Below are positions 1 through 9,593 of a stretch of DNA of 64,000 bases, piece after piece (the stretch's first letter is position 1; each line of letters starts with the position of its first letter). The position numbers and the translations under genes are program-made. The notes beneath the pieces were generated by a model that was given only the letters and a program-made list of their open reading frames with translations, was not told the origin of the DNA and ran no database searches. Origin of the DNA: an uncultured Candidatus Saccharibacteria bacterium. GTDB lineage: Bacteria; Patescibacteriota; Minisyncoccia; Phycocordibacterales; UBA918. The DNA lies in contig CAZBMV010000001.1 of NCBI GenBank assembly GCA_964493145.1, positions 169,812-233,811 on the forward strand, in the 5' to 3' direction.

Positions 1-108
1 AAAACGTGGACAGAGTGTGAGAAGCGCGTGAAGGGGAAGCCGGCAAAGTACAAAAAAGTGTTTTCCGCCGATGAAGAGCGCGCCCTCATGAAACTCTGGG
101 GTGCGTAG
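1..108 (+). CDS. 3' end of a gene, probably RNase HI with a C-terminal hybrid-binding (viroplasmin-like) domain; partial
   Basis: Frame 1 reads KTWTECEKRVKGKPAKYKKVFS...GA*, matching the TWxECxxxVxG...xKK signature. Confidence 0.55.
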   Translation, partial: KTWTECEKRVKGKPAKYKKVFSADEERALMKLWGA

Positions 109-109
109 T

Positions 110-1693
110 ATGCGCGGTATCATTTTTTACACAGCAGGTGTCGCATTCACGAGCGGGATTTTCTTCCGCTCGTTTTTTGATTGGGGATACGCAGGCGCAC
201 TCCTTTTTGTACTCATTGGAGTGTCACTCCTCCTCGCATGGCATTTAAACGTACGCAAACGCACATCACCTTTTTTCATTATTGCCATTGCGTTTATTGC
301 GTGTGCGTTTGGCATGTTTCGGATGGAGTACGCAGAATCTCAAGTTTCCATGTTTCGTGCATACGAAGGGGAGCAGGTGATGCTGTATGGCACCGTTCGT
401 CGTGAACCGGAATTCCGCGAACGAATGCTCCACCTCTACGTTGATCCCAACATTGAAGGTCACGACGAACTCGTGCTTGTGACAACTGATGTTTTTTCTT
501 TTACAGATGACACCATTACGTACGGCGATACCGTGCGCGTAGAAGGCACGCTCAAAAAGCCGGAACCGTTCACCGCTGATGGAGGGCGTACCTTTGATTA
601 CCGCGGGTACCTCAAAGCACGCGATGTGAACTACATGATTCAGTACGGCGAGGTGCTCGTAGAAGGGCGCGGTGCCGGATTCCTCACCGGTCTCTATGAT
701 AGGAAACACAAATTCATGGACGTCATTGAGCGTACAATTCCCGAGCCGGAGGCGGGGCTCGGAGAAGGGGTACTCCTCGGCGTAAAACGAGCACTCGGCG
801 ATTCACTTGAAGAAGTTTTTCGTGCGACTGGTATCATCCACATTGTCGTACTCTCCGGCTATAACATCATGGTTGTCGTTGAGTGTATTACGTACGTTCT
901 CGCACTGTTCTTTTTTCCGCGAACGCGCATGTTTCTCGGCATCGGCATTGTGATTCTCTTTGCGCTCCTCGTGGGATTTTCTGCGACCGTGGTGCGTGCG
1001 TCACTCATGGCAGTGCTCCTCATCATTGCGCGGAACACGGGACGAACGTACGCTGTTCTCCGTGCGCTCATGATTGCACTCGTCCTCATGCTCATGTGGA
1101 ACCCGTACCTCCTCGTCCACGATACGGGGTTTCAACTCTCGTTTCTTGCAACACTCGGACTCATTCTCTTTTCTCCTCACATTGAGGAGCGACTCACCGT
1201 GGTGCCTCGGTTTCTCGGAGTACGCATGTTTGTGACTGCAACCATCGCGGCACAACTCGCCGTCCTGCCGCTCCTCCTCTACCACACGGGGCTCGTCTCT
1301 GTCGTTTCACTTGTGGCAAACGTCCTCGTACTCCCCATGGTGCCCGTTGCCATGGGTTTCACATTTCTCACGGGGACAATCGGTAGTATTTCAGGAACAC
1401 TCGGTAGCATCATCGGGTTTTTTGCACACCTGTCACTTGAATACATTATTGTGATTGCAAAGGTATGTGCGTCGCTCCCGTTCGCGTCATTTTCAATCAC
1501 CGCATTCCCTTTTTGGATTGTGATAATTTCGTACGCACTCATGGGGATGTGCTATGCGCACATCGTCCGTGATACAAAAAAAGTTGACGAAGAAAATCCC
1601 TATGCCGACTGGGTGATAGAGGAGGAGAAAGAAAAACCCGTACGTGAATCACCGAGTGATTCACGTACGGGTTCACCGTTTCCCTTCCGATAG
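110..1693 (+). CDS. comEC: ComEC/Rec2 competence membrane protein (OB and competence domains)
   Basis: FDYRGYL, GIIHIVVLSGYN, SATVVRASLM and GFQLSFLAT motifs; many TM helices. Confidence 0.92.
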   Translation: MRGIIFYTAGVAFTSGIFFRSFFDWGYAGALLFVLIGVSLLLAWHLNVRKRTSPFFIIAIAFIACAFGMFRMEYAESQVSMFRAYEGEQVMLYGTVRREPEFRERMLHLYVDPNIEGHDELVLVTTDVFSFTDDTITYGDTVRVEGTLKKPEPFTADGGRTFDYRGYLKARDVNYMIQYGEVLVEGRGAGFLTGLYDRKHKFMDVIERTIPEPEAGLGEGVLLGVKRALGDSLEEVFRATGIIHIVVLSGYNIMVVVECITYVLALFFFPRTRMFLGIGIVILFALLVGFSATVVRASLMAVLLIIARNTGRTYAVLRALMIALVLMLMWNPYLLVHDTGFQLSFLATLGLILFSPHIEERLTVVPRFLGVRMFVTATIAAQLAVLPLLLYHTGLVSVVSLVANVLVLPMVPVAMGFTFLTGTIGSISGTLGSIIGFFAHLSLEYIIVIAKVCASLPFASFSITAFPFWIVIISYALMGMCYAHIVRDTKKVDEENPYADWVIEEEKEKPVRESPSDSRTGSPFPFR

Positions 1694-1694
1694 T

Positions 1695-2291
1695 TTATCC
1701 GATTGCTTCGTACCTCTCTGCAGGAACACCCCAGTTCACGTTTGCGAGGAACGAGTCAACGTAGTTTTTCTTTTCTGCGGGGAGGTAATCAACCATGTAC
1801 GCGTGTTCCCACATGTCCATGGCGAGGATAACGGGGAGTCCGCCGAGTTGCCCGAGTTCGTGGTCAGAAACCCACGCGGTGTGCACGGTGCCACCTTTCG
1901 GGTCTGCGTAGAGAATCGTCCACCCGATACCTCTGCTCATGCCGACCTGTGTGAAGTGGATGATGAATGCGTCCACTGAACCGTACTTCTCGCACACCGC
2001 CTTTGCGAGGGATGATTCTTGATTGAGCTGCTCTGCGCCACCTTCAAACTGCGTGAAATAGTACTCATGCATGCGCATGCCGTTGAATTCAAACCCAAGC
2101 CGACGCCGGATCTCCGCAATGGCATATGCATATTTTTCTGCATCAAGCGTGGTGAGTTCTTTAATCTGCTCACGGAGAACGTTCACGTGCTTCACGTACC
2201 CCTCGTAGAGTGCGAGATGAGCTTTGATTTGTTTTTCTGAGAGACCTTGGAGCCCTCCGAGATTAAATGTTTGTGGTGTGTATGTGTGCAT
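1695..2291 (-). CDS. sod: Fe/Mn superoxide dismutase
   Basis: HLALYEGYV, HEYYF and DMWEHAY metal-ligand motifs. Confidence 0.92.
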   Translation of the reverse strand: MHTYTPQTFNLGGLQGLSEKQIKAHLALYEGYVKHVNVLREQIKELTTLDAEKYAYAIAEIRRRLGFEFNGMRMHEYYFTQFEGGAEQLNQESSLAKAVCEKYGSVDAFIIHFTQVGMSRGIGWTILYADPKGGTVHTAWVSDHELGQLGGLPVILAMDMWEHAYMVDYLPAEKKNYVDSFLANVNWGVPAERYEAIG

Positions 2292-2458
2292 AAAAAAAGC
2301 TAAATACTATAAACTATAAAGTTATAGATGAACTGGCGTAGTATACCATTTTAGAGTTGCGCTAACACATCCTCCAACTATTCCAGTTAACTGGAATAGT
2401 GAGAGAGGATACTGGCTGTGTGAATAGGATACTGCGTGTCGTGAGGTAGAATGGAAAA

Positions 2459-3325
2459 ATGGAAAAAGTGCGATTGCCACTCATTGCGGGGATGCTTTCT
2501 GTTTTCTTTCTCGCTACATACACTGTGTTCGATTCGATTACCTCTACGGATGAGGGTGCTCTCCATGTCACCTTTCTTGATGTCGGGCAGGGGGACGCGA
2601 CCTTGATTGAGTCACCTTCGGGGGCGCAGGTTCTCGTTGATGGTGGAGCGGACAGTCGTGTTCTCTCGGCGCTCGGTGGCGTCATGGGATTTTTTGATCG
2701 CGACATTGACATGATTGTTGCAACGCATCCCGATCAGGACCACATCGGTGGGCTCATTGATGTGCTCATTCGCTACGACGTGAAGGCGGTACTCATGACT
2801 GAAAATATGAACGACACTCCCGTGTACGACGCTTTTGTTCGCGCGGTTGCGGAAGAGGGCGCGGCGGTGTACTACGCGCGTGCGGGACAAACGTACGATC
2901 TCGGTAGCGGTCCTGCAGGGAGTACGACGCTTACAATCCTTTTTCCAGACTACGATCCGACAAATCTTGAGAGCAATACCGCATCCATTGTGGCGCGACT
3001 TATGTACGGTGCAGGCGGGTACCTCCTCACCGGCGACTCCCCGAGCGAAATAGAAGAATATCTCGTTCATAAACTCGGCTCACGTCTTCGGAGCGACGTA
3101 CTCAAGGTTGGTCATCATGGGTCGCGGACCTCTTCATCAGAGGCGTTTGTGACCGCGGTTCAACCAACGTACGCGATTGTTTCTGCGGGGAAGGACAATT
3201 CGTACGGACACCCACACAGTGAGGTAATTGATCGCTTGATCTTACATGGCAGTACACAAAAAAATACCGCCGATCTTGGCAGTATTTTTTTAGAGAGTGA
3301 TGGGGTCTCTCTTTGGTTTAGATAA
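2459..3325 (+). CDS. ComEC-type metallo-beta-lactamase-fold nuclease domain protein
   Basis: FLDVGQGDA, THPDQDHIGG, LKVGHHGS and NSYGHPH motifs. Confidence 0.9.
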   Translation: MEKVRLPLIAGMLSVFFLATYTVFDSITSTDEGALHVTFLDVGQGDATLIESPSGAQVLVDGGADSRVLSALGGVMGFFDRDIDMIVATHPDQDHIGGLIDVLIRYDVKAVLMTENMNDTPVYDAFVRAVAEEGAAVYYARAGQTYDLGSGPAGSTTLTILFPDYDPTNLESNTASIVARLMYGAGGYLLTGDSPSEIEEYLVHKLGSRLRSDVLKVGHHGSRTSSSEAFVTAVQPTYAIVSAGKDNSYGHPHSEVIDRLILHGSTQKNTADLGSIFLESDGVSLWFR

Positions 3326-3560
3326 GCCCCGCTTTTTTGAGTGTTTCGTAAGCGCCATTTTTTGCGATGGTGCGTAGCGCTTTTGTTGAGACGTTGACGA
3401 GTACGGTTTTTCCAAGTTCAGGTACAAAGATACGGCGCTTCTGAAGGTTCGGCTGACGGCGCACCTTTCCACAAGGATTGAATTGTGTCGCACGCGTACG
3501 GTTGCTGTAGCGACCGCCCACCTGAGACTTTTTTCCGGTTATTTCACACTGCTTTGCCAT
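3318..3560 (-). CDS. rpmB: 50S ribosomal protein L28
   Basis: MAKQCEITGK...PNLQKRRIFVPE...STKALRT. Confidence 0.9.
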   Translation of the reverse strand: MAKQCEITGKKSQVGGRYSNRTRATQFNPCGKVRRQPNLQKRRIFVPELGKTVLVNVSTKALRTIAKNGAYETLKKAGLI

Positions 3561-3666
3561 ATGTGTTGATTTATGTGACGCCAATACTAGCACGCTCCAC
3601 CAAAAAAGCAACAAATTTCAGAAGGAGTACAAAATCAATTGTGCGAACAGGTGACAATCTTGTACA

Positions 3667-4311
3667 ATGGTTCGTATGCTTGAAATCACCACACTCGCAA
3701 TTCTCATTCTTTCCATTGTGCTCCACGAGGTGGCGCACGGGTACGCTGCAAATTGGCTCGGCGATCCCACTGCACGCCTCGCGGGGCGCTTGAGTGCAAA
3801 TCCGCTTCCGCACATAGATCCCGTTGGTTCGGTCCTCATTCCCGCCGCACTCTACATCATGCATGCACCGTTTCTCTTCGGGTGGGCGAGGCCGGTTCCG
3901 TACAACCCATACAATCTTCGGAACCAGAAATGGGGAGAGGCGATGGTCGCCGCCGCTGGCCCGCTCGCGAACCTGTTTCTTGCCGGTGTTTTTGCAATTC
4001 TCATACGATTTTCAGACGTATTTAACTTTACAGAGACATTTACTGAAATGCTTGGGTATGTCGTGTTCATCAATGTGCTCCTCGCACTCTTCAATGCAAT
4101 ACCATTTCCACCGCTCGATGGTTCAAAAATCATCACCCCGTTCCTCCCGTTTGGACTTGAGACGAGGTACCGTGCACTCGCAGGATACATGGAAAATCTT
4201 GGATTTGTTGCACTTTTCCTTTGCGTATTTATCTTCATGCAAATTCTCTGGAAGCCTTTTTCCACACTTGTTTTCCTTGTGTACCAATTTTTGCTTACCT
4301 TCCCGAATTAG
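3667..4311 (+). CDS. Site-2 protease (peptidase M50)
   Basis: HEVAH, GDPTA, AAAGP and FNAIPFPPLDG motifs. Confidence 0.92.
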   Translation: MVRMLEITTLAILILSIVLHEVAHGYAANWLGDPTARLAGRLSANPLPHIDPVGSVLIPAALYIMHAPFLFGWARPVPYNPYNLRNQKWGEAMVAAAGPLANLFLAGVFAILIRFSDVFNFTETFTEMLGYVVFINVLLALFNAIPFPPLDGSKIITPFLPFGLETRYRALAGYMENLGFVALFLCVFIFMQILWKPFSTLVFLVYQFLLTFPN

Positions 4312-4354
4312 ACACCGACTTGCGCTGTTTCAAAAATTGTGTTACCGTCCATCC

Positions 4355-4490
4355 AGTAATCAGTAATGAACTATGCCTGAGGCATACCCCCTCGTGGTCG
4401 GATGGGAAGGGCCTCGGGCATACGCAGCGCCCCTTCCGGCCATTTACGGCCACCGCGTTTTCTCCCTTTACGCGGTGGCCCTTTTTTATT
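4355..4490 (+). ncRNA. Candidate small structured RNA with its own promoter and terminator
   Basis: Upstream TTGCGC-17-TACCGT; stems 4372-4383/4411-4422 and 4405-4411/4431-4437; terminator GGCCACCGCGT...ACGCGGTGGCC followed by a U tract. Confidence 0.35.
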
Positions 4491-4546
4491 GTTGTGCGTG
4501 TCAAAACAAAAAGACCGTAGCGGATGCCACGGTCTTTTTGTGTGTA

Positions 4547-5269
4547 CTATGACGAGCAGGTTGGTGGCGTTGCCGCAGCTTTCGCCATTGCGGAGTCCAT
4601 AATGCGAAGTGCAAAGACGAATATAATGAAGAGGAAGAGGAGGAATGAAAGTGGGGGAAGGGGTACGAACGACACAAACCCGAAAAATTCGGGAAGGTGT
4701 GGCCAGTCACCCATATCCGCCCACCCCTTGTATTTTACCGATCCAAAGTGTATCAAGGTAACGATGAGCGCTACATACCCGAGTCGTTGTGTTGCGCGCC
4801 ACGCCACTTTCGGCATGAATTGTGCAACACTCTTGAGAGAGGTGACGGCGACTAGGAGAAAGAGAATGAGCGCGAGAGTCCCCGTCATGAGGAAAAGCAT
4901 TGCATTCAAGGTGAGCGTTTCTCCGTGGAAGAATTTTGGGTAGTACGCCGGTGTGAGTGTCGCGAGACCCCAAAAGACGTGAACGACGATAACACCAAAC
5001 CCTACCATACCGTAGTATTTACGAAGTGTCGTACCGTTCCCAAATACTCGCGGGACAAGTCGTGCAAGCGGCCCCATCGCGTACGATAATGAGAGTAAGA
5101 ACGTCCCGGCAACCGCGAGACCTGCAAAGGATATCTTGTACGCGACATCACCAAAGGGCATACCCCACCTCCGTGCCCAGAGGTATCCTGCTGAAAGTAT
5201 GAACACAAGTACTCCTGCAAGGATAGCGTGTGCCCAGAGTGTCCATTCACGTTGTTGATTGGTTTCCAT
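4547..5269 (-). CDS. Ferric-reductase-like / MsrQ-like transmembrane protein
   Basis: RKYYG...VH, LVAVTS...WRATQRLGY...IH pattern; about 6 TM helices. Confidence 0.75.
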   Translation of the reverse strand: METNQQREWTLWAHAILAGVLVFILSAGYLWARRWGMPFGDVAYKISFAGLAVAGTFLLSLSYAMGPLARLVPRVFGNGTTLRKYYGMVGFGVIVVHVFWGLATLTPAYYPKFFHGETLTLNAMLFLMTGTLALILFLLVAVTSLKSVAQFMPKVAWRATQRLGYVALIVTLIHFGSVKYKGWADMGDWPHLPEFFGFVSFVPLPPLSFLLFLFIIFVFALRIMDSAMAKAAATPPTCSS

Positions 5270-5270
5270 A

Positions 5271-6734
5271 CTAATTTGTTACGTTACTCCTTTTAATTTT
5301 ACGCATCCACACAATGGTGACGGTGAGCAGGATGATGATAGTGAGTGCTTTGAGCGGATGAGCGATGAGGAAGAGTGGCCCCGGTCCGGTAGGGAACTTC
5401 GGTAATGAAGCGAAGTCAGCCCATGCGGCGAAGCGACCGATAGCATTAAAGAGGGGCGCTTGTGCGGTCGTGATTGCAAGAAGAAATACGAGATTTGGCT
5501 TTCCAATGTCACGGAAAAGACGCCCACCAAAAACGAGAAAGATGAGGAGCCAAAAGATGCCCGCGTGTGCCCACGATGCCGGACTGAGGTGAAAATTCTC
5601 AAGTCCGCGCGGAGTGCCCTTGTTTGGAGCCGTACCCGGGTACGCGTTTGGATCGGGGTATGGGCCAACATGGTTTCCGAATTCGCCGCCGTTTGGTTGG
5701 TTGTACGAAACGGTTACATCGGAATTAGTTGTGTATTTGAGTCCAATGTATGGTCCCATCAGGATGAAGAAGAAGAGAAATCCCCAAAGAAATATGAGCG
5801 AACCCCGTACGAAGTCAAAATGCATTTCAGTGTTTTGGCGTTTCCCAAAGATACCGAAGAGTGCGAGCCATCCGAGGACGAGATACGCAAAGTAAATGAA
5901 TGCGGGGACAACCCACGCCAAGCTGTGGGTTTGAAAGAGAAGAAAAATAACAAACCCGACAGTTGTCGCCGCAAGCGAGAATTTCCCAAAATGCTCCATC
6001 AGTTTCACAAATACGTCACTCGTGCCGATAGACTTCACAACCATGATTGCCATGAGAAATCCGATGGAAAAGAACCCGATGTGTGTGTGAAATTGGACCA
6101 AACCAGCAGGCGAAACAGCTCTGTGCTGAATTGCGAACTGAATGAGTATGATGATACCGAGAAAGATGGCGAGGAGGAGGAATGTAATGTAGACACGTAT
6201 CGTATTCCACGGAACGGCGACATCGGACAAGATATCCATTCGCGAAGTATCTCCGGATGAATTCGTTGTTGTGAGGAATGGAATGGAAACACCGCTTGCG
6301 AGGAATGCGATGAGTGCGGTTGTTGCAAAAAACGAAAGTTCAAGAATGAACGCGAGGCCACCGAAGAGGGAGAGGTAGTACGTTCCGAATACTCCGAGTG
6401 AGAGGGTAAATGGGTCCACAACCATGTAGTGGATTACCATAAGTGTCACATAGAGCGGAATGGTAACAAATGAACTCCATATAACCCACTGTTTAAAGCA
6501 TCGTTTGAGGGGAAGCGCAGGTACGAGGAGCGCGTTAATGAGGATAATGAGAGACCACCACGCTGCGTGCGCGTGAAGTACCTTGAGGTATCCGGGGACA
6601 ATGTGACCGGGGACGATGTACCCCCAGACTCCCGTGAGGCCGAGTATCGGTGCCCCGAGGAGGATTGCAACGAGCGAAGCGCAGAAAAGCGGGACGCTGA
6701 GACCGAGAGTGTGCGAACGTTCTTGTGTTTCCAT
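5271..6734 (-). CDS. Multi-pass membrane protein with repeated His motifs (possible heme or copper binding)
   Basis: 487 aa, about 12 TM helices; LHAH, FHTH, WAH and AHP motifs. Confidence 0.6.
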   Translation of the reverse strand: METQERSHTLGLSVPLFCASLVAILLGAPILGLTGVWGYIVPGHIVPGYLKVLHAHAAWWSLIILINALLVPALPLKRCFKQWVIWSSFVTIPLYVTLMVIHYMVVDPFTLSLGVFGTYYLSLFGGLAFILELSFFATTALIAFLASGVSIPFLTTTNSSGDTSRMDILSDVAVPWNTIRVYITFLLLAIFLGIIILIQFAIQHRAVSPAGLVQFHTHIGFFSIGFLMAIMVVKSIGTSDVFVKLMEHFGKFSLAATTVGFVIFLLFQTHSLAWVVPAFIYFAYLVLGWLALFGIFGKRQNTEMHFDFVRGSLIFLWGFLFFFILMGPYIGLKYTTNSDVTVSYNQPNGGEFGNHVGPYPDPNAYPGTAPNKGTPRGLENFHLSPASWAHAGIFWLLIFLVFGGRLFRDIGKPNLVFLLAITTAQAPLFNAIGRFAAWADFASLPKFPTGPGPLFLIAHPLKALTIIILLTVTIVWMRKIKRSNVTN

Positions 6735-6861
6735 ACGTATAATGTGGTGCTCTTAAAATATGTAATAAACGGCTGGTAGTAGCCAACCTTGTTGCCTACA
6801 AGTGTATCATGAACCACTTGCATATTTTGGTATCTAATAGTAGAGTGTGCGGACAAATTTT

Positions 6862-7278
6862 ATGGCAACAATTAATCAGTTAACGAAAAAGGGAAGAAAG
6901 AATCCTGGATCGCGCACAAAGACGGGTGCGCTTCGTTCCGGTTTTAATTCAATTACGAACCGTCCGAATTCGTACAGTTCTCCCTTTAAGCGCGGTGTAT
7001 GTACTCGCGTAACCACGAAGACTCCTCGCAAGCCGAACTCAGCCATTCGTAAAATTGCGCGCGTTCGCCTTACCAATCACCAGGAAATTACCGCGTACAT
7101 CCCAGGTATCGGGCACTCACTTCAGGAACACTCGGTGGTTTTGGTGCGTGGCGGCCGCGTGAAGGACATCGGTGTTAACTACACCATCGTCCGCGGTAAG
7201 TACGACGCAACCGGCGTAGACAAGCGTATGCGTGGACGATCACGTTACGGCGCAAAGAAGCCGAAGGGAGGAAAATAG
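6862..7278 (+). CDS. rpsL: 30S ribosomal protein S12
   Basis: [21 protein letters not shown] and GHSLQEHS motifs. Confidence 0.98.
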   Translation: MATINQLTKKGRKNPGSRTKTGALRSGFNSITNRPNSYSSPFKRGVCTRVTTKTPRKPNSAIRKIARVRLTNHQEITAYIPGIGHSLQEHSVVLVRGGRVKDIGVNYTIVRGKYDATGVDKRMRGRSRYGAKKPKGGK

Positions 7279-7521
7279 ATCTTGGAAATTTGGTTCTGAG
7301 TCACAACTCGGAACCCTGTTTCTCAGATATATAATTTGAGAGAGGACAATAGTTTATATCCGCTATAGATCATTGCATGGAACATATGCGGAGAATGAGT
7401 TTGGCGTAGCCAACACTCTCAAAACAAGCAAACGACAGGAATTCTACCTGACCTCATTTAGACGAAACGGAGGTTGGTCTAGAAATTTCTAATCCATTAT
7501 TCATTCATAAGAAATTTTACA

Positions 7522-7995
7522 ATGCGACGACCAATCAAAAGACGACCAACGGTAACAAAAGATGAACGGTATGATTCAGTGAACGTATCGCGCCTCGTTA
7601 ATTACGTCATGGTTCGTGGACAGAAGGAAACCGCACGAAAAATAGTGTACGCGGCATTTGAAGAAATTAAGAACGCGAAGGAAGGCGGGGGTGACCCGGT
7701 AGAGATTTTTGAGACAGCAATCAGGAACGCTGGCCCACAGATGGAGGTTCGTTCACGACGAGTTGGCGGTGCGAACTACCAGGTCCCACGCGAGGTACGC
7801 CCGGAACGACGTCTCGCACTCGCGCTCCGATGGATTATCACCGCGGCACGAGGTCAGAAGGGAAAGCCGATGTTCAAAGCGCTCGCAGACGAAATAATGC
7901 TCGCCGCAAAGGAACAGGGTGCGGCGGTAAAGAAGAAGGACGATACGCACAGGATGGCGGAGGCGAACCGCGCATTTGCCCACTTCGCGTGGTGA
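7522..7995 (+). CDS. rpsG: 30S ribosomal protein S7
   Basis: [15 protein letters not shown] and [13 protein letters not shown] motifs. Confidence 0.98.
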   Translation: MRRPIKRRPTVTKDERYDSVNVSRLVNYVMVRGQKETARKIVYAAFEEIKNAKEGGGDPVEIFETAIRNAGPQMEVRSRRVGGANYQVPREVRPERRLALALRWIITAARGQKGKPMFKALADEIMLAAKEQGAAVKKKDDTHRMAEANRAFAHFAW

Positions 7996-8241
7996 CCCAA
8001 AATCAAGGAGCGCAACGACTATGATTTTGGAGTCCGTCTAAAAATTCTATCTCTAATGAATTTTTAGACGAACGCGCTCTCAAAATTCAAAGAACTAAAC
8101 ATTTCAAAAAAGCCGCTCATCGTACACATGTACGACTCGCGGCTTTTTTGCTACCTGCCTCGTATCTCATTCAAATGTGCGTTTCTACACCATCTTTGTG
8201 CACGTGGTACAATTTCCCCATACAAGATAAATCACACAACC

Positions 8242-8664
8242 ATGCAGGAAGGATTACCGCACGAACGTAACGAGGAGACGCAGACACCGCAATTTGAAAA
8301 AGTTGAATCACTGCGCGATGTGTCTGAGAAGGTCGCTGAGTGGGGTGATCGTTTTGCGCGCATGTTGGAAAAACGGGGAGAGAGAATAGACCATGTCGGG
8401 ACGGTCATTGGAGAATTTGTTGCGTTTATAAAAGAACGCAATGATGAGTTTGTACGTGGTGCGGAACTAACGGGGGACTCTGAAACGGAACTTATCGTTT
8501 CGCGTATGGCAAGATTTAACGAGCGGCACATTGCCGAGATGGAAGAGGTATTGGATCTTATAGAAAACGATCCTGCGTCACTTGAAAACTTTATGAAGAC
8601 GTATCCCGCAGTCCGCGGAGTGATGGAGTGGGCACAGACGTTCATCACCGATACCGAAAAATAG
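8242..8664 (+). CDS. Hypothetical helical acidic protein
   Basis: ORF following a TGG-TACAAT -10 element; no recognised motif. Confidence 0.55.
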   Translation: MQEGLPHERNEETQTPQFEKVESLRDVSEKVAEWGDRFARMLEKRGERIDHVGTVIGEFVAFIKERNDEFVRGAELTGDSETELIVSRMARFNERHIAEMEEVLDLIENDPASLENFMKTYPAVRGVMEWAQTFITDTEK

Positions 8665-8742
8665 TTGCTTTTTTACAAAAACATTGTATAGTATAAAAAG
8701 AAGCCCTGCACACGGCAAGGGTCATTTTGAAGGAGGTACGAT

Positions 8743-9387
8743 ATGAAGGTGCATAAATTGTTGAGTTTGCTCGGATATGAAAATCCCGAACATGTCCTTG
8801 TGATGCTTGGTGAAGCTGAGGTGAAAGCGAAGCTTCTCGAGATACTTTCAGTACTTGAAGCTCTTTCTTTTCCTCACGAAGCGCGTGCTGTCAAGGAGTA
8901 CTTCAACCTTGAAGGAAATGGTCCAAAATCTTTGGATAAAATTGCTAAAGGTTTCGAGAGGCCAGTTACGCGCCTTCGTGTTACGCAGAGGATTTGTAAG
9001 GGTCTTGGCATGATGCGTTGTGATCCACAGCGTCTCATACTCTTGTCCGCGTACGAGGATTCATGTGGGAATCGAGACAGTCCTGAGATCCGGGCCTTAT
9101 TAGGCAAGATTAATAGAATTACCAAAGAACTTGAAAGGATGAATAAGGTTAATGGGATTTGCAAGAATTTGCCACCTGAAGCGTACCCTAAACACCCACG
9201 TTCGGTCTGTGCACTCGGTTTGAGTCGACAAGCGTTAGAAATCTTGCGCTATGCCGAGATTTACAGTATCGATGATCTTGTTCTGAGAAATGAAGAGGAA
9301 ATCTTATCGCTAGATCGTATGGGGCTGAAGCGTCTTGCTGAAATCAAGAAAGCGCTCGCTTCCCGTGGTTTGTTCTTACGAGCATGA
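8743..9387 (+). CDS. Sigma70 region-4-like HTH fused to an RNA polymerase alpha-CTD-like domain
   Basis: EARAVKEYFNLEG..KSLDKIAK...VTRLRVTQ (sigma4-like); LGLSRQALEILRYAEIYSIDDL...GLKRLAEIKKAL (alpha-CTD-like); SD AAGGAGG. Confidence 0.75.
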   Translation: MKVHKLLSLLGYENPEHVLVMLGEAEVKAKLLEILSVLEALSFPHEARAVKEYFNLEGNGPKSLDKIAKGFERPVTRLRVTQRICKGLGMMRCDPQRLILLSAYEDSCGNRDSPEIRALLGKINRITKELERMNKVNGICKNLPPEAYPKHPRSVCALGLSRQALEILRYAEIYSIDDLVLRNEEEILSLDRMGLKRLAEIKKALASRGLFLRA

Positions 9388-9593
9388 TTTACCTGTGATC
9401 CTCTCAAAGAGGCGCGACATCAATCGCGTCTCTTTTTTATTTCGTTTGCCCTGTACTGCGCTAGAAAAAGTCGGTTACCTAATCCTTCACAACACCAGTT
9501 CATTTATATATTGCAAAATGCGAATTTTGTGATATAATACGAAAAGTTTGAAGTTCTCATTTCAATCGCGAATTAAAGAATCAGGAGGATAAT

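Noticed and set aside
7990-7995. Possible UGA recoding (code 25)
   Set aside because: rpsG ends at TGA at its expected C-terminus and conserved genes have no internal TGA.
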